Positions 18,673 through 28,838 of a DNA stretch of 32,000 nt are shown in pieces. Position 1 is the first letter of the stretch. The number at the start of each line of letters is the position of its first letter. The position numbers and the translations under genes are program-made. The notes beneath the pieces are model-generated. The model saw only the letters and a list, made by a program, of their open reading frames with translations, had not been told where the DNA came from and ran no database searches. Origin of the DNA: Nitrosospira multiformis ATCC 25196 (GTDB lineage: Bacteria > Pseudomonadota > Gammaproteobacteria > Burkholderiales > Nitrosomonadaceae); assembly GCF_000196355.1 (NCBI RefSeq), contig NC_007614.1, forward strand, positions 630,001 through 662,000, in the 5' to 3' direction.

Positions 18673-20904
18673 ATGTCTTCTCTACTCACCGCACTAAACC
18701 CGGAACAACTCGAAGCAGTTACGTTGCCCCATCAGTCGGCGTTGGTCCTTGCCGGCGCGGGCAGCGGCAAGACCAAGGTCCTTACGACCCGCATCGCGTA
18801 TCTGATCCAGTCCGGCGAAGTCAGTCCTCACGGAATATTGGCCGTCACTTTTACCAATAAGGCGGCCAAGGAAATGCTTACTCGCATTGCCGCCATGCTG
18901 CCCATCAATACGCGCGGCATGTGGATAGGTACCTTCCACGGCTTATGCAACCGCCTGCTTCGCGCTCATCACCAGGATGCCGGTTTGCCGCAAACCTTTC
19001 AGATTCTGGATTCCGCCGATCAGCTGGCGGTCATCAAGCGCATCCTGAAAAATCTGGGTGCGGACGATGAGAAATTTCCTCCGCGTCAGGTCCAATGGTT
19101 CATCAATAATGCCAAGGAGGAGGGGCTGCGTGCATCGCAGGTGGAAGCGTACGATGACTACACGCGCAAGATGGTCGAGTTCTATGCATCTTACGAGCAC
19201 CAATGCAACAAGGAAGGGGTGGTCGATTTTGCCGAGTTGTTGCTGCGCAGCTATGAATTGCTGATGCGCAACGAAATCGTACGCGAGCATTATCGCAGCC
19301 GGTTCCTGCACATCCTGGTGGACGAGTTCCAGGATACCAGTCGGCTGCAATACAAATGGCTGCGCCTGCTCGCCGGTCCGAAAACCGCTGTCTTTGCCGT
19401 GGGCGATGACGACCAGAGCATTTATGCCTTCCGTGGCGCCAATACCGGCAACATGAGAGAGTTCGAACAGGATTTTCGCATCCCCAGGATCATCAAACTG
19501 GAGCAGAACTACCGTTCACATGGCAATATTCTGGATGCTGCCAACACGCTGATACGCAACAATAATGGGCGGCTCGGCAAAAATCTCTGGACTTCAGAAG
19601 GGCGCGGTGAGCCGATACGGGTATACAACGCTCCGACGGATTTCGATGAAGCGGCGTTTATCGTGGATGAAGTCAAATCCCTGCGCGCAGAGGGAGTCCA
19701 ACTGTCCCAGATCGCGTTGCTTTATCGTTCCAATGCCCAATCACGTGTGCTGGAGCACGCCTTGTTCAATGCCTCGCTGCCTTACCGGGTATACGGAGGC
19801 ATGCGCTTCTTCGAGCGACAGGAAATCAAGCACGCATTGGCTTACCTGCGAATGATAGCCAATCCGGAGGACGACAACGCGCTACTGAGAATCGTCAACT
19901 TCCCGGCACGTGGTATCGGCCTGCGGAGTCTGGAGCAATTGCAGGATGAAGTCAGGCAACAGGGGGGAAGCCTCTGGGAAGCGATGCTGAAAAAATGCAG
20001 GGGCAGAGAACCCGCCACGTCAGGCTTGCTGAATAAGTCCTCGGCGGGAGTGGGGGAGAATAAAGAGCCGGACAGGCCCAGAAGAGGCATCGAGGGATTC
20101 GTTGCGCTGATCGAATCGATGCGGCAGGTTTGTGAAACCCTGCCGCTCCCGGAAATTGTCGAACATATGCTGGAGCACAGCGGATTGATCAGGCACTATC
20201 AAGCCGAGCGCGAGGGGGCCGACCGGCTGGAGAATTTGAACGAGTTGGTCACTGCGGCGACTGCCTTCGTGCACGAAGCCGAAGATGACGGTCTGGCCGT
20301 TTTTCTCAATCATGCTTCACTGGAAGCAGGCGAGCACCAGGCGGGCGGAGGGGAGGATGCCTTGCAGCTGATGACCGTGCACTCAGCCAAAGGACTGGAG
20401 TTTCACAGCGTATTTCTAAGCGGTCTCGAAGAAGGTTTGTTTCCCCACGATAACAGCCGTAACGAGGCGGGGGGGCTGGAAGAAGAGCGGCGCCTGATGT
20501 ACGTAGCCGTGACGCGCGCGAAGCGCCGGCTGTATTTGAGCTTTGCCCAAAGCCGCATGTTGCATGGCCAGACTCGCTACAACATTCCCACTCGATTCAT
20601 AGAGGAAATACCGCAGGGCGTGCTCAAGTGGCTGCAGCCCGTGCAGAAGACAGCGCCTTGGCGACCGGCGCCGCTTTCTCCCACTCAGGAGGTTGCGCAG
20701 CGCCCCCAAATCCGGGAAATGGGAGTGAGGGAGGCGACGGCATCGCCCTGGCGGGTGGGCCAGAACGTGGTTCACGCAAAGTTCGGGGCAGGAGTGATCG
20801 TCAACTGCGAAGGCCGCGGTGCCGATGCGCGGGTTGAGGTTAAATTCGGGCGCAATGGCAGCAAATGGTTGTTACTGGAATATGCAAAACTGACAGCGTT
20901 GTAA
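18673..20904 (+). CDS. uvrD: DNA helicase II (UvrD-type SF1 helicase)
   Basis: 743 aa with Walker A GAGSGKT, motif II VDEFQDTS, and SAKGLEF and VAVTRAK motifs. Assignment to UvrD rather than Rep or PcrA rests on overall resemblance only. Confidence 0.88.
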   Translation: MSSLLTALNPEQLEAVTLPHQSALVLAGAGSGKTKVLTTRIAYLIQSGEVSPHGILAVTFTNKAAKEMLTRIAAMLPINTRGMWIGTFHGLCNRLLRAHHQDAGLPQTFQILDSADQLAVIKRILKNLGADDEKFPPRQVQWFINNAKEEGLRASQVEAYDDYTRKMVEFYASYEHQCNKEGVVDFAELLLRSYELLMRNEIVREHYRSRFLHILVDEFQDTSRLQYKWLRLLAGPKTAVFAVGDDDQSIYAFRGANTGNMREFEQDFRIPRIIKLEQNYRSHGNILDAANTLIRNNNGRLGKNLWTSEGRGEPIRVYNAPTDFDEAAFIVDEVKSLRAEGVQLSQIALLYRSNAQSRVLEHALFNASLPYRVYGGMRFFERQEIKHALAYLRMIANPEDDNALLRIVNFPARGIGLRSLEQLQDEVRQQGGSLWEAMLKKCRGREPATSGLLNKSSAGVGENKEPDRPRRGIEGFVALIESMRQVCETLPLPEIVEHMLEHSGLIRHYQAEREGADRLENLNELVTAATAFVHEAEDDGLAVFLNHASLEAGEHQAGGGEDALQLMTVHSAKGLEFHSVFLSGLEEGLFPHDNSRNEAGGLEEERRLMYVAVTRAKRRLYLSFAQSRMLHGQTRYNIPTRFIEEIPQGVLKWLQPVQKTAPWRPAPLSPTQEVAQRPQIREMGVREATASPWRVGQNVVHAKFGAGVIVNCEGRGADARVEVKFGRNGSKWLLLEYAKLTAL

Positions 20905-20988
20905 AGCCTGGAAGCCCGGGTGCCCAGGGGGGAGCTGGGAACAGTTTGCTTTCCGCCGTGCATTCCCCGTCATGGATCCCCGGGGGAA

Positions 20989-21756
20989 TCATGCGCTTTC
21001 CGAGACATCCCCGGAATTTGCTCCTACCTGAAAAATATCCATGTAGCTCGTGTAGATCGAAGCGAAAACGGTCGGGACCAGCACAAAAAGTCCCAGGCCG
21101 TAGGGAATCATGGCGATTATCGTGAACGCCACCAGTACAATCAGGTAAATCTGGAATGCCACGATGTTTTTCACGCACGCAAAGAAGCTGGTTCGCATTG
21201 CTTCCACTGGAGGCATTTCATCGAATACCGCCAGCAGAGGCGCAAACCAGGTGGCCATCAGGAGAGGAATGGACAGGGTCAGCGCTACCAGGGAAGCGGA
21301 TAACATATCCCCTGATACGTTTTTCAATTCATTTTCATCGACCCGTTTTCCTTCCAGCAGCAGGCTCATCAGCACGTCGCCGCCGACCAGCATGAATATG
21401 CCGACGATGAGTACCTGGCCCACCAGATAAATTCCCCCTATCGTAATCAGCGGTCCGGGGTTGCGAAAGCCCGCAAAGAGATGCCCTATTTCCAGCTGCC
21501 CTCCGTGTTCCAGCGTTCTGCAGCCGATCATCAGTCCCGCCAGGAATACCGGCGAGAGCAGCGTGAAAATGAATTGGCCTGCCGTTGGGATAAGTCCCAG
21601 GGTAGCCGCGATCAGCAGAAGGGTGGTGCAAAGAAGAATCCACACCATGGGGACTCTGCGGAACAACTGAAAACCTTCCGCTATCCATTCCCATCCCCTT
21701 CTCCCGTCTACCTGCCTGATATTCATCTTGTTTTTTCTCCGATAAACGTCTTCCAT
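20989..21756 (-). CDS. multi-pass inner-membrane protein of unknown function (BPSS1780-like, tentative)
   Basis: 255 aa with about 5-6 hydrophobic helices and an N-terminal GWEWIAEGFQLFRRVP motif. The alternative start ATG 21726 (MNIRQVDG) has a better RBS (GGAGA). Confidence 0.7.
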   Translation of the reverse strand: MEDVYRRKNKMNIRQVDGRRGWEWIAEGFQLFRRVPMVWILLCTTLLLIAATLGLIPTAGQFIFTLLSPVFLAGLMIGCRTLEHGGQLEIGHLFAGFRNPGPLITIGGIYLVGQVLIVGIFMLVGGDVLMSLLLEGKRVDENELKNVSGDMLSASLVALTLSIPLLMATWFAPLLAVFDEMPPVEAMRTSFFACVKNIVAFQIYLIVLVAFTIIAMIPYGLGLFVLVPTVFASIYTSYMDIFQVGANSGDVSESA

Positions 21757-21779
21757 CCCGCCTGCTGTTCAACTGGCGC

Positions 21780-22730
21780 TCAGATCCACACCTCGGCAAG
21801 CTTCGAGCGTGCTGCTGCATGGCTTTGCAGTATACGCATGAAGTGAGCAGGATCCTTCACGTGCGTAAGTTCTCCGGCGCGCGGCAGGTGATAGTCCTGC
21901 AGGCGTGAAAGCCAGAAGCGCAGCGCGCCGGCGCGCAGCATCACTGGCCAGGCGTCACGCTCAATCTCCAGCAGCGGCCGGGTGCGGTGATAGGCTTCGA
22001 GCAGCGATAAAGTCCGCTCCGGATCCAATTCCGCATTTTCGTTGAGACACCAGTCGTTCGCGGTAATCGCCAGGTCGTACAGCAGCACATCGTTGCAGGC
22101 AAAGTAGAAATCGATCACTCCGCCCATTGCGCCATCCTTGAAAAGGACATTGTCACGAAACAGGTCGGCATGGATCACGCCCCGGGGAAGGCTTTCCGTT
22201 CTATGCGATGATTGAAAGCGTAATTCCTCCCCGAGAATCGCAGCCTCATCCTCCGAAAGAAACGGCATGACTTCCTGCGCCGCAGCTTTCCACCATCTGG
22301 GCCCTCGCAAATTCTCCATTTTTTCCGGATAGGATAAGCCGGATAAATGCATGTTGGCCAGGAGTTCGCCAACCTCGGCGCAATGGGTGGCCGTGGGAGA
22401 TTCCTGCGACTTTCCGGGAAGGCAGGTGACGATGCTCGCCGGCTTGCCATTGAGCTCTCCCAGGAATTTATTGGCGAGATCCGCCACTGGGCTGGGGCAG
22501 GGAAGGCCGTGGCGCGCCAGGTAGGCCATCAGATTCAAATAGTAGGGTAGTTCCGCCGAAGTCAGTTTTTCAAATAGTGTCAGAACATATTTGCCGTGGC
22601 TGGTAGTGACAAAATAATTCGTATTTTCAATGCCGGAAGAAATACCCTGCAGATTGACCAATTTGCCGATGGAATAATTTCTCAGCCATGCGGAAAGCTG
22701 CTCATGGGTAACTATGGTGAAGACAGACAT
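21780..22730 (-). CDS. thrB: homoserine kinase, APH-fold (Pseudomonas-type ThrB)
   Basis: 316 aa with [13 protein letters not shown] and the kinase motif [13 protein letters not shown]. The thrB-DUF2782-polA neighbourhood is conserved in Pseudomonas and Betaproteobacteria. Confidence 0.88.
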   Translation of the reverse strand: MSVFTIVTHEQLSAWLRNYSIGKLVNLQGISSGIENTNYFVTTSHGKYVLTLFEKLTSAELPYYLNLMAYLARHGLPCPSPVADLANKFLGELNGKPASIVTCLPGKSQESPTATHCAEVGELLANMHLSGLSYPEKMENLRGPRWWKAAAQEVMPFLSEDEAAILGEELRFQSSHRTESLPRGVIHADLFRDNVLFKDGAMGGVIDFYFACNDVLLYDLAITANDWCLNENAELDPERTLSLLEAYHRTRPLLEIERDAWPVMLRAGALRFWLSRLQDYHLPRAGELTHVKDPAHFMRILQSHAAARSKLAEVWI

Positions 22731-22787
22731 GGAGCGGGAAAGTAAGGCAGAAGCAGTTTAATCAGGCGCAATGGCTGTCCTGGAAAA

Positions 22788-23153
22788 TCAGAACTCGCGT
22801 ATCACCCACATGGGAGGGCGAATACGCTGATCCAGACCGCCTGTATCGTGGGTGGAAAAAGTGCCGTCGCCGCGATTGTCGATCAGGTAATACGGAAGCC
22901 CTATGCGCGGTATGACCTTGATCATGTAGAGGCGTCCATTGAGGCGATATTCCTCGATCTGGTCCTCTCCGCGCTTGGTGATGGTAACCTGCGGCTCAAG
23001 CGATTCTTCCTCGTCTTCGATACCCGTCGAAGGCAGCGATAATTCCGGGGGTTCCGGCACTTCCGGTATGGGTCGCAGATCCTTGGGCTGATTGGATTGC
23101 GCCGCCGCTGGCAGTACAGAACTCAATAACAGTGCAACAACGATACGACGCAT
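22788..23153 (-). CDS. secreted DUF2782-family protein
   Basis: 121 aa with signal peptide MRRIVVALLLSSVLPAAAQ and the core VTITKRGEDQIEEYRLNGRLYMIKV. The RBS is GGGAGG. Confidence 0.75.
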   Translation of the reverse strand: MRRIVVALLLSSVLPAAAQSNQPKDLRPIPEVPEPPELSLPSTGIEDEEESLEPQVTITKRGEDQIEEYRLNGRLYMIKVIPRIGLPYYLIDNRGDGTFSTHDTGGLDQRIRPPMWVIREF

Positions 23154-23208
23154 GGCGCCTCCCGGCGGGTCAGGTCAATACGCCATTCTATCCGAAATGC
23201 CCTGGCTG

Positions 23209-23937
23209 TTATAGATTGAGTTGAATTTCCCGTTCAGCGACGGAAGGCTCGAAGCCGCGCGTCTCGTAATACTTGAATATCGCATCCACCACCTCCGCCG
23301 GCTCGTCGATTACCTGGATCAGATCCATATCTTCAGGGGCGATCATGCCCTCTGCAACGAGTACATTCTGCAGCCATTCGAGCATGCCGCGCCAGAAATC
23401 CGAACGAACCAGGATAATGGGCATTCTGCGCGTCTTTCCGGTCTGGACCAGTGTCAGCGCTTCCATCAGTTCATCCAGGGTGCCGAATCCGCCTGGCAGC
23501 ACTACATAGGCCGTCGCGAGTTTGACGAACATGTACTTGCGCGCAAAAAAATGGCGGAACGTCTGGCTGACGTCCTGATAAACATTCCGGTGCTGCTCGT
23601 GCGGCAACTGGATATTCAGTCCGATACTGGGGGATTCGCCATAATAAGCCCCCTTGTTCGCGGCTTCCATGATCCCCGGCCCCCCGCCGGAAATGACGGA
23701 AAAGCCTGCATCGGAGAGTTGCCGCGCAATCTGCTCGGTTAACTCATAGTAGGGATGATCAGGGAGAGTGCGGGCACTGCCGAAAATGCTGACCGCAGGC
23801 ATGACGGAGTGGAGACGCTCCGTTGCCTCGACAAATTCTGCCATAATCCCGAACACCCGCCAGGATTCACGTCCTGACCATGCCTTCTCCTGGAAATCGT
23901 TTGTCATGGTACGGGCTGCTTTGTTTTTCAGGCTCAT
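23209..23937 (-). CDS. LOG-family protein (TIGR00730; nucleotide 5'-monophosphate nucleosidase / cytokinin riboside 5'-monophosphate phosphoribohydrolase-like)
   Basis: 242 aa with VSIFGSAR, GGGPGIMEA and the PGGFGTLDEL signature. The alternative start is ATG 23907. Confidence 0.85.
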   Translation of the reverse strand: MSLKNKAARTMTNDFQEKAWSGRESWRVFGIMAEFVEATERLHSVMPAVSIFGSARTLPDHPYYELTEQIARQLSDAGFSVISGGGPGIMEAANKGAYYGESPSIGLNIQLPHEQHRNVYQDVSQTFRHFFARKYMFVKLATAYVVLPGGFGTLDELMEALTLVQTGKTRRMPIILVRSDFWRGMLEWLQNVLVAEGMIAPEDMDLIQVIDEPAEVVDAIFKYYETRGFEPSVAEREIQLNL

Positions 23938-23958
23938 CGGAAAACCTTTGGAAGTTAA

Positions 23959-26676
23959 ATGAAAACACTACTGCTGGTCGATGGTTCATCTTATCTGTAT
24001 CGCGCTTTTCACGCGCTGCCCGATTTCCGCAACCGCAATAACGAGCCGACCGGTGCAGTCTATGGCGTGCTGAATATGCTGCGCCGCTTGCACAAGGATT
24101 ATCAGGCCGATTATAGCGCTTGCGTATTTGATGCAAAAGGCAAGACTTTCCGCGATGAGCTCTACGCCGAGTACAAGGCGAACCGGCCGCCCATGCCCGA
24201 CGAGCTTGCCGCCCAGATTGCGCCGCTCCTGGAATGCATAAATGCAATGGGATGGCCGATGCTTTCTGTGGAAGGAGTAGAGGCGGACGATGTGATCGGC
24301 ACGCTGGTGAAACAGGCCGAAGGCGAGAACATGCGCTGCATCATTTCGACTGGCGATAAAGACATTGCGCAACTGGTGAACCCCCAAGTGACCCTCGTCA
24401 ATACCATGACGAATGAAATGCTTGATGAAGCCGGTGTGCTTGGACGTTTCGGCGTACCTCCGGAACGCATGCTCGACTATCTGGCGCTGGTGGGTGACGC
24501 GGTCGACAACATCCCCGGCGTAGCGAAGGTGGGACCAAAAACCGCGGTGAAGTGGCTCAATCAATATGGGACACTCGATAACTTGCTTGTCCATGCTGGC
24601 GAAATAGGCGGCGTAGTAGGGGAGAATCTGCGCAATGCGCTGGGCTGGTTGAGCAGATCGCGGCAACTGCTCTCCATCAAGTGCGACGTTTCGTTGCCGG
24701 TCAGCCTGCATGATCTCGGACCCCAGCCCCCTGACATGGTAAAGCTCGCGGAGTTGTACGAGCGGCTGGACTTCAAGAGCTGGTTGCGCGAATTGCAACA
24801 GGAATCCCAGGCGGAAGGAGCCGCTGATGCGCTTTCTCGGGGTTTTGCCCCGGCAGGCTCGAATCTGGTGCAGGCCGATTATCAGACCATTCTTACTCCC
24901 GAGCAACTCGATGAGTGGATGATGCGAATCGCCGCGGCGCCGCTCGCCTCACTCGACACCGAAACGACGGGGCTTGATCCGATGCGCGCCGAGCTGGTGG
25001 GTATCTCGTTTTCCGTGGAACCGCATCACGGGGCCTATATACCGCTGGGACATCGTTATACCGGTGTCCCCCGCCAGTTGCCGCTCGACTTTGTGCTCGA
25101 AAAGCTCAAACCCTGGCTGACAGACCCTTCCGCCCCCAAACTGGGGCAGAACCTGAAGTTTGACAGGCACGTGTTCGCCAACCACGGCATCGGGTTGAAA
25201 GGAATCGTTCACGATACGCTGCTGCAATCCTATGTCTTCGAATCCCATCGCCCGCACGATATGGACAACCTTGCGCTGCGGCATCTGGGGATCAAAACCA
25301 TCACCTATGATGAAGTCACCGGCAAGGGAGCCGCCCGAATAGGTTTCGAGCAGGTGGATATCGAACGCGCTGCGCAATATGCAGCCGAGGACGCGGATGT
25401 CACGCTGCAGCTGCACCAGCACCTGTATGCTGAAGTTGGCAAGGATGCAAAGCTCGATCATATCTATCGCACGCTGGAAATGCCCGTGATGGATGTCCTG
25501 TTCGAGATGGAGCGCAACGGGGTGCTCCTGGATATCAAATTGCTGGAAACGCAAAGCCGCGAGCTCGGCGAGAAAATGCTGGCGCTGGAGGAGCGCGCCT
25601 GCACCATTGCCGGGCTGCCATTCAACCTGAATTCACCCAAACAGATTCAGGAAATCCTGTTTGACAGACTCAAGCTGCCTGTCATGAAAAAAACACCGAG
25701 CGGCGTTCCTTCCACCGACGAAGATGTACTGCAGAAACTTGCACTTGATTATCCCCTCGCCAGGGCTCTGCTGGATTATCGGGGTCTTGCCAAACTCAAG
25801 TCGACTTACACCGACAAGCTGCCGCGCATGGTGCATCCCGTTACTGGAAGAGTGCACACCAATTATGCCCAGGCTGTGGCGGTGACGGGCAGACTCGCCA
25901 GTAACGAACCGAACTTGCAGAACATACCCATCCGCACTGCCGAAGGGCGGCGTATCCGGGAAGCGTTCATTGCCCCGAGCGGATACAGAATCATTTCCGC
26001 GGATTATTCACAGATCGAATTACGCATCATGGCGCACATTTCGCAGGATGCCGGACTGCTCAAGGCCTTTGCACAAGGGGAAGACATCCATCGCGCCACG
26101 GGCTCCGAGATATTCGGCGTTCCCCTGGAAACAGTGAACAGCGAACAGCGCAGGTATGCAAAAATCATCAATTTCGGCCTGATCTACGGTATGTCGGAAT
26201 TCGGACTCGCGACGCAACTGGGGATTGAGCGGGCCGCGGCCAGAACCTATATGGACCGCTACTTTTCCCGCTATCCGGGAGTGGCGGACTACATGCAGCG
26301 GACACGGAAAACCGCCAGGGAAAACCGCTATGTGGAGACCGTTTTCGGGCGGCGGCTGTGGTTGTCGGAGATCAACAGTTCCAACGGCATGCGTCGTCAG
26401 GCGGCGGAACGCGCTGCCATCAACGCGCCCATGCAGGGTACTGCCGCCGATATCATCAAGCTTGCCATGATAGAAGTGCATGACTGGCTGCGGCGGCATG
26501 AACTGCGCAGCAAACTCGTCATGCAGGTCCATGACGAACTGGTGTTGGAGGTGCCGGAAAACGAAATCGAGACCATAAAGCGCGAGTTGCCGTTGCTCAT
26601 GGGCAATGTGGCGCAACTTCAGGTGCCGTTATTGGTGGAAGTAGGCGTCGGGCCAAATTGGGAGCAGGCCCACTGA
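23959..26676 (+). CDS. polA: DNA polymerase I
   Basis: 905 aa with an N-terminal 5'-3' exonuclease domain and Exo I SLDTETTGLD. Polymerase motifs are A DYSQIELR, B RRYAKIINFGLIYG, and C QVHDEL. Confidence 0.96.
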   Translation: MKTLLLVDGSSYLYRAFHALPDFRNRNNEPTGAVYGVLNMLRRLHKDYQADYSACVFDAKGKTFRDELYAEYKANRPPMPDELAAQIAPLLECINAMGWPMLSVEGVEADDVIGTLVKQAEGENMRCIISTGDKDIAQLVNPQVTLVNTMTNEMLDEAGVLGRFGVPPERMLDYLALVGDAVDNIPGVAKVGPKTAVKWLNQYGTLDNLLVHAGEIGGVVGENLRNALGWLSRSRQLLSIKCDVSLPVSLHDLGPQPPDMVKLAELYERLDFKSWLRELQQESQAEGAADALSRGFAPAGSNLVQADYQTILTPEQLDEWMMRIAAAPLASLDTETTGLDPMRAELVGISFSVEPHHGAYIPLGHRYTGVPRQLPLDFVLEKLKPWLTDPSAPKLGQNLKFDRHVFANHGIGLKGIVHDTLLQSYVFESHRPHDMDNLALRHLGIKTITYDEVTGKGAARIGFEQVDIERAAQYAAEDADVTLQLHQHLYAEVGKDAKLDHIYRTLEMPVMDVLFEMERNGVLLDIKLLETQSRELGEKMLALEERACTIAGLPFNLNSPKQIQEILFDRLKLPVMKKTPSGVPSTDEDVLQKLALDYPLARALLDYRGLAKLKSTYTDKLPRMVHPVTGRVHTNYAQAVAVTGRLASNEPNLQNIPIRTAEGRRIREAFIAPSGYRIISADYSQIELRIMAHISQDAGLLKAFAQGEDIHRATGSEIFGVPLETVNSEQRRYAKIINFGLIYGMSEFGLATQLGIERAAARTYMDRYFSRYPGVADYMQRTRKTARENRYVETVFGRRLWLSEINSSNGMRRQAAERAAINAPMQGTAADIIKLAMIEVHDWLRRHELRSKLVMQVHDELVLEVPENEIETIKRELPLLMGNVAQLQVPLLVEVGVGPNWEQAH

Positions 26677-26715
26677 ACACAGGGGTGAAAAGAGCGGGAA
26701 GGGGAGAAGTATTGC

Positions 26716-26745
26716 TTGCTAAATTGCTGAAAATTGCCGTAAAAT
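26716..26745 (+). promoter_or_regulatory. candidate sigma70 promoter of the rpsP-rimM-trmD-rplS operon
   Basis: TTGCTA, an 18-nt spacer, then TAAAAT. The spacer and upstream region contain phased AAATTGC repeats (26721 and 26731). It lies about 40 nt upstream of the rpsP ATG. Confidence 0.5.
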
Positions 26746-26784
26746 CACCCCCTTTTCGGTTTTGGACCTCCACAGGCAATTTAC

Positions 26785-27048
26785 ATGGTCATTATTCGAC
26801 TGGCGCGAGGCGGCGCAAAAAAACGCCCGTTTTTCAATATGGTCGTAGCAGATTCACGCAATGCGCGTGATGGCAAGTTTATCGAGCGCGTCGGTTTTTA
26901 TAACCCCCGGGCAGCCGAGGGTGAGGAATCGCTTCGCGTCAAGCTGGATCGCGTCACCTATTGGCAATCAAAAGGTGCGCAGCCGTCAGATACCGTGAAA
27001 AAGCTGATCAAGCAGTTTGATTCCAGACAAGAAGTCGCAGGAAGCTGA
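26785..27048 (+). CDS. rpsP: 30S ribosomal protein S16
   Basis: 87 aa starting [41 protein letters not shown]. Confidence 0.95.
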   Translation: MVIIRLARGGAKKRPFFNMVVADSRNARDGKFIERVGFYNPRAAEGEESLRVKLDRVTYWQSKGAQPSDTVKKLIKQFDSRQEVAGS

Positions 27049-27070
27049 ATCGGGCCAATCCCCCGAACCA

Positions 27071-27577
27071 ATGGTGATAATGGGCCGCGTTGCCGGTCCA
27101 TATGCGGTAGCCGGCTGGATCAAGGTTTTTCCCTATACCGAATATGTGGATGGCTTGCTGGATTACCCGGACTGGTGGCTGGGCAGCGAGGGCGGCAAAT
27201 GGCACAAATTCAAAGTGATCGAGGGCGAGGTTCACGGGAGCGTATTGCTGGCCTCACTTGAACAATGTGCGGACCGTGACGCGGCTGCGCGGCTAAAGGG
27301 ACTGAAGATCGCCATTCCACGCAGGCTGCTGCCGGCATTGCCGGAAAGCGGCGAGGAAGGTTATTACTGGTCGGATCTCATTGGGCTTGCAGTCATCAAT
27401 CTGCAGGGTGAGGTGCTGGGTAAGGTGGCGGGGCTGCTGGAAACCGGAGCGAACGATGTGCTTCAGGTGCAAAATCCGGAAGAAACCGAAAGACTGATAC
27501 CTTTCATAGACCAGGTGATCATCAAAGTCGATCTGGCGGCGGGTCGGATTACGGTGGATTGGGGTCTGGACTACTGA
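27071..27577 (+). CDS. rimM: 16S rRNA processing protein RimM
   Basis: Trimmed to the ATG at 27071 ([24 protein letters not shown]), because the track start at 27017 is a TTG inside rpsP. A PRC-barrel-type C-terminus is present. Confidence 0.88.
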   Translation: MVIMGRVAGPYAVAGWIKVFPYTEYVDGLLDYPDWWLGSEGGKWHKFKVIEGEVHGSVLLASLEQCADRDAAARLKGLKIAIPRRLLPALPESGEEGYYWSDLIGLAVINLQGEVLGKVAGLLETGANDVLQVQNPEETERLIPFIDQVIIKVDLAAGRITVDWGLDY

Positions 27578-27579
27578 TT

Positions 27580-28350
27580 ATGACGTTTGATTTCGACGTT
27601 ATCACCCTGTTCCCCGAGATGTTCAACGCTGTAACCAGGTACGGGGTAACCGGGCGGGCGAATGAGAATGCCATCTATCGCCTGTATACCTGGAATCCGC
27701 GGGAATTTACCGAGGACAATTATCGCAGGGTGGACGACCGGCCCTACGGGGGCGGACCCGGCATGGTAATGCTGGCAGAGCCCCTGGAAAAAGCGATAAC
27801 TGCCGCCAGGGAAAGGCAAAGAGCCTGTGGTATCGGCAGCACGAAAGTGGTTTATCTGTCACCTCAGGGAAGACCCCTGAACCAGAATGTGGTGATGGAG
27901 TTAAGCGAATTGTCTGCATTGGTGCTGCTGGCAGGCCGTTATGAAGGAGTGGATGAGCGGCTGATAGAACGCCAGGTGGACTATGAGATTTCCATCGGGG
28001 ATTATGTCGTATCCGGCGGTGAACTGGCGTCGATGGTGCTCATGGACTGTGTGGTGCGGCAGCTGCCTGGCGTACTGGGGGATCCGGAATCCGCGAATCA
28101 GGATTCCTTTACAGCAGGTTTGCTGGATTTTCCCCACTACACCCGGCCGGAGGTCTATCGGGGAAGCGTAGTGCCCGAGGTCCTGTTGTCCGGAAATCAC
28201 GCCAGGATTGAACGCTGGCGGTTACAGCAGTCCCTTGGGAGAACATGGTTGCGGCGGCCCGACCTGCTGGCATTGAAAATGGAGAAAGGCCTCACCGCGG
28301 AAGAGCGGAAATTGCTGGAAGAATTCCAGCATGCATACGAAGCGAATTGA
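27580..28350 (+). CDS. trmD: tRNA (guanine37-N1)-methyltransferase
   Basis: Trimmed to the ATG at 27580 ([15 protein letters not shown]), 2 nt after the rimM stop. The sequence [10 protein letters not shown]...[19 protein letters not shown] is the SPOUT knot region. Confidence 0.94.
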   Translation: MTFDFDVITLFPEMFNAVTRYGVTGRANENAIYRLYTWNPREFTEDNYRRVDDRPYGGGPGMVMLAEPLEKAITAARERQRACGIGSTKVVYLSPQGRPLNQNVVMELSELSALVLLAGRYEGVDERLIERQVDYEISIGDYVVSGGELASMVLMDCVVRQLPGVLGDPESANQDSFTAGLLDFPHYTRPEVYRGSVVPEVLLSGNHARIERWRLQQSLGRTWLRRPDLLALKMEKGLTAEERKLLEEFQHAYEAN

Positions 28351-28404
28351 GCGCCAACTTGAAAGTTACTGAAACGCAAGGAATATAAGGCAAGGAGTCA
28401 CGAA

Positions 28405-28812
28405 ATGAATCTGATCGAGCAACTTGAAAGCGAAGAAATCAGCCGCCTGGGCAAGACAATTCCCGATTTTGCCCCTGGAGATACGGTTGTCGTCAACGTC
28501 AAGGTGGTGGAAGGAGACCGAAAACGTATTCAGGCGTACGAGGGTACCGTCATTGCCAAGCGTAACCGTGGTCTCAATTCTGCCTTTACCGTGCGCAAGG
28601 TATCCAGCGGTGAGGGAGTGGAAAGGACTTTTCAGACCTATTCTCCCCTGATTGCGAGCATAGAGATCAAACGCCGGGGGGCAGTGCGTCGCGCCAAGCT
28701 TTATTATCTGCGCGATCGGTCCGGCAAATCTGCCCGCATTCGCGAAAAACTGCCCGCTCGCGCTTCAGCCAGGAAGGCTGAAAACGGAACGCAAAAGACC
28801 GAGCAGGCCTAA
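28405..28812 (+). CDS. rplS: 50S ribosomal protein L19
   Basis: 135 aa starting [11 protein letters not shown] and containing [44 protein letters not shown]. The RBS is AAGGAG. Confidence 0.95.
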
Positions 28813-28814
28813 AT

Positions 28815-28838
28815 ATTAAGCCGGCATTAAGCCGGCTT
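28815..28838 (+). terminator. hairpin / 11-bp tandem duplication after rplS (weak intrinsic terminator candidate)
   Basis: ATTAAGCCGGC occurs twice in tandem (28815-28825 and 28826-28836). Because GCCGGC is palindromic, this also folds as AAGCCGGC-ATTAA-GCCGGCTT. The downstream tract CAAGCTTT is only weakly U-rich. Confidence 0.4.

Noticed and set aside
20962-20989. Hairpin ATTCCCC-N14-GGGGAAT between the convergent uvrD and membrane-protein genes
   Set aside because: It has no U tract on either strand and overlaps the membrane-protein stop codon. It may be a weak bidirectional terminator, but that cannot be supported from sequence alone.
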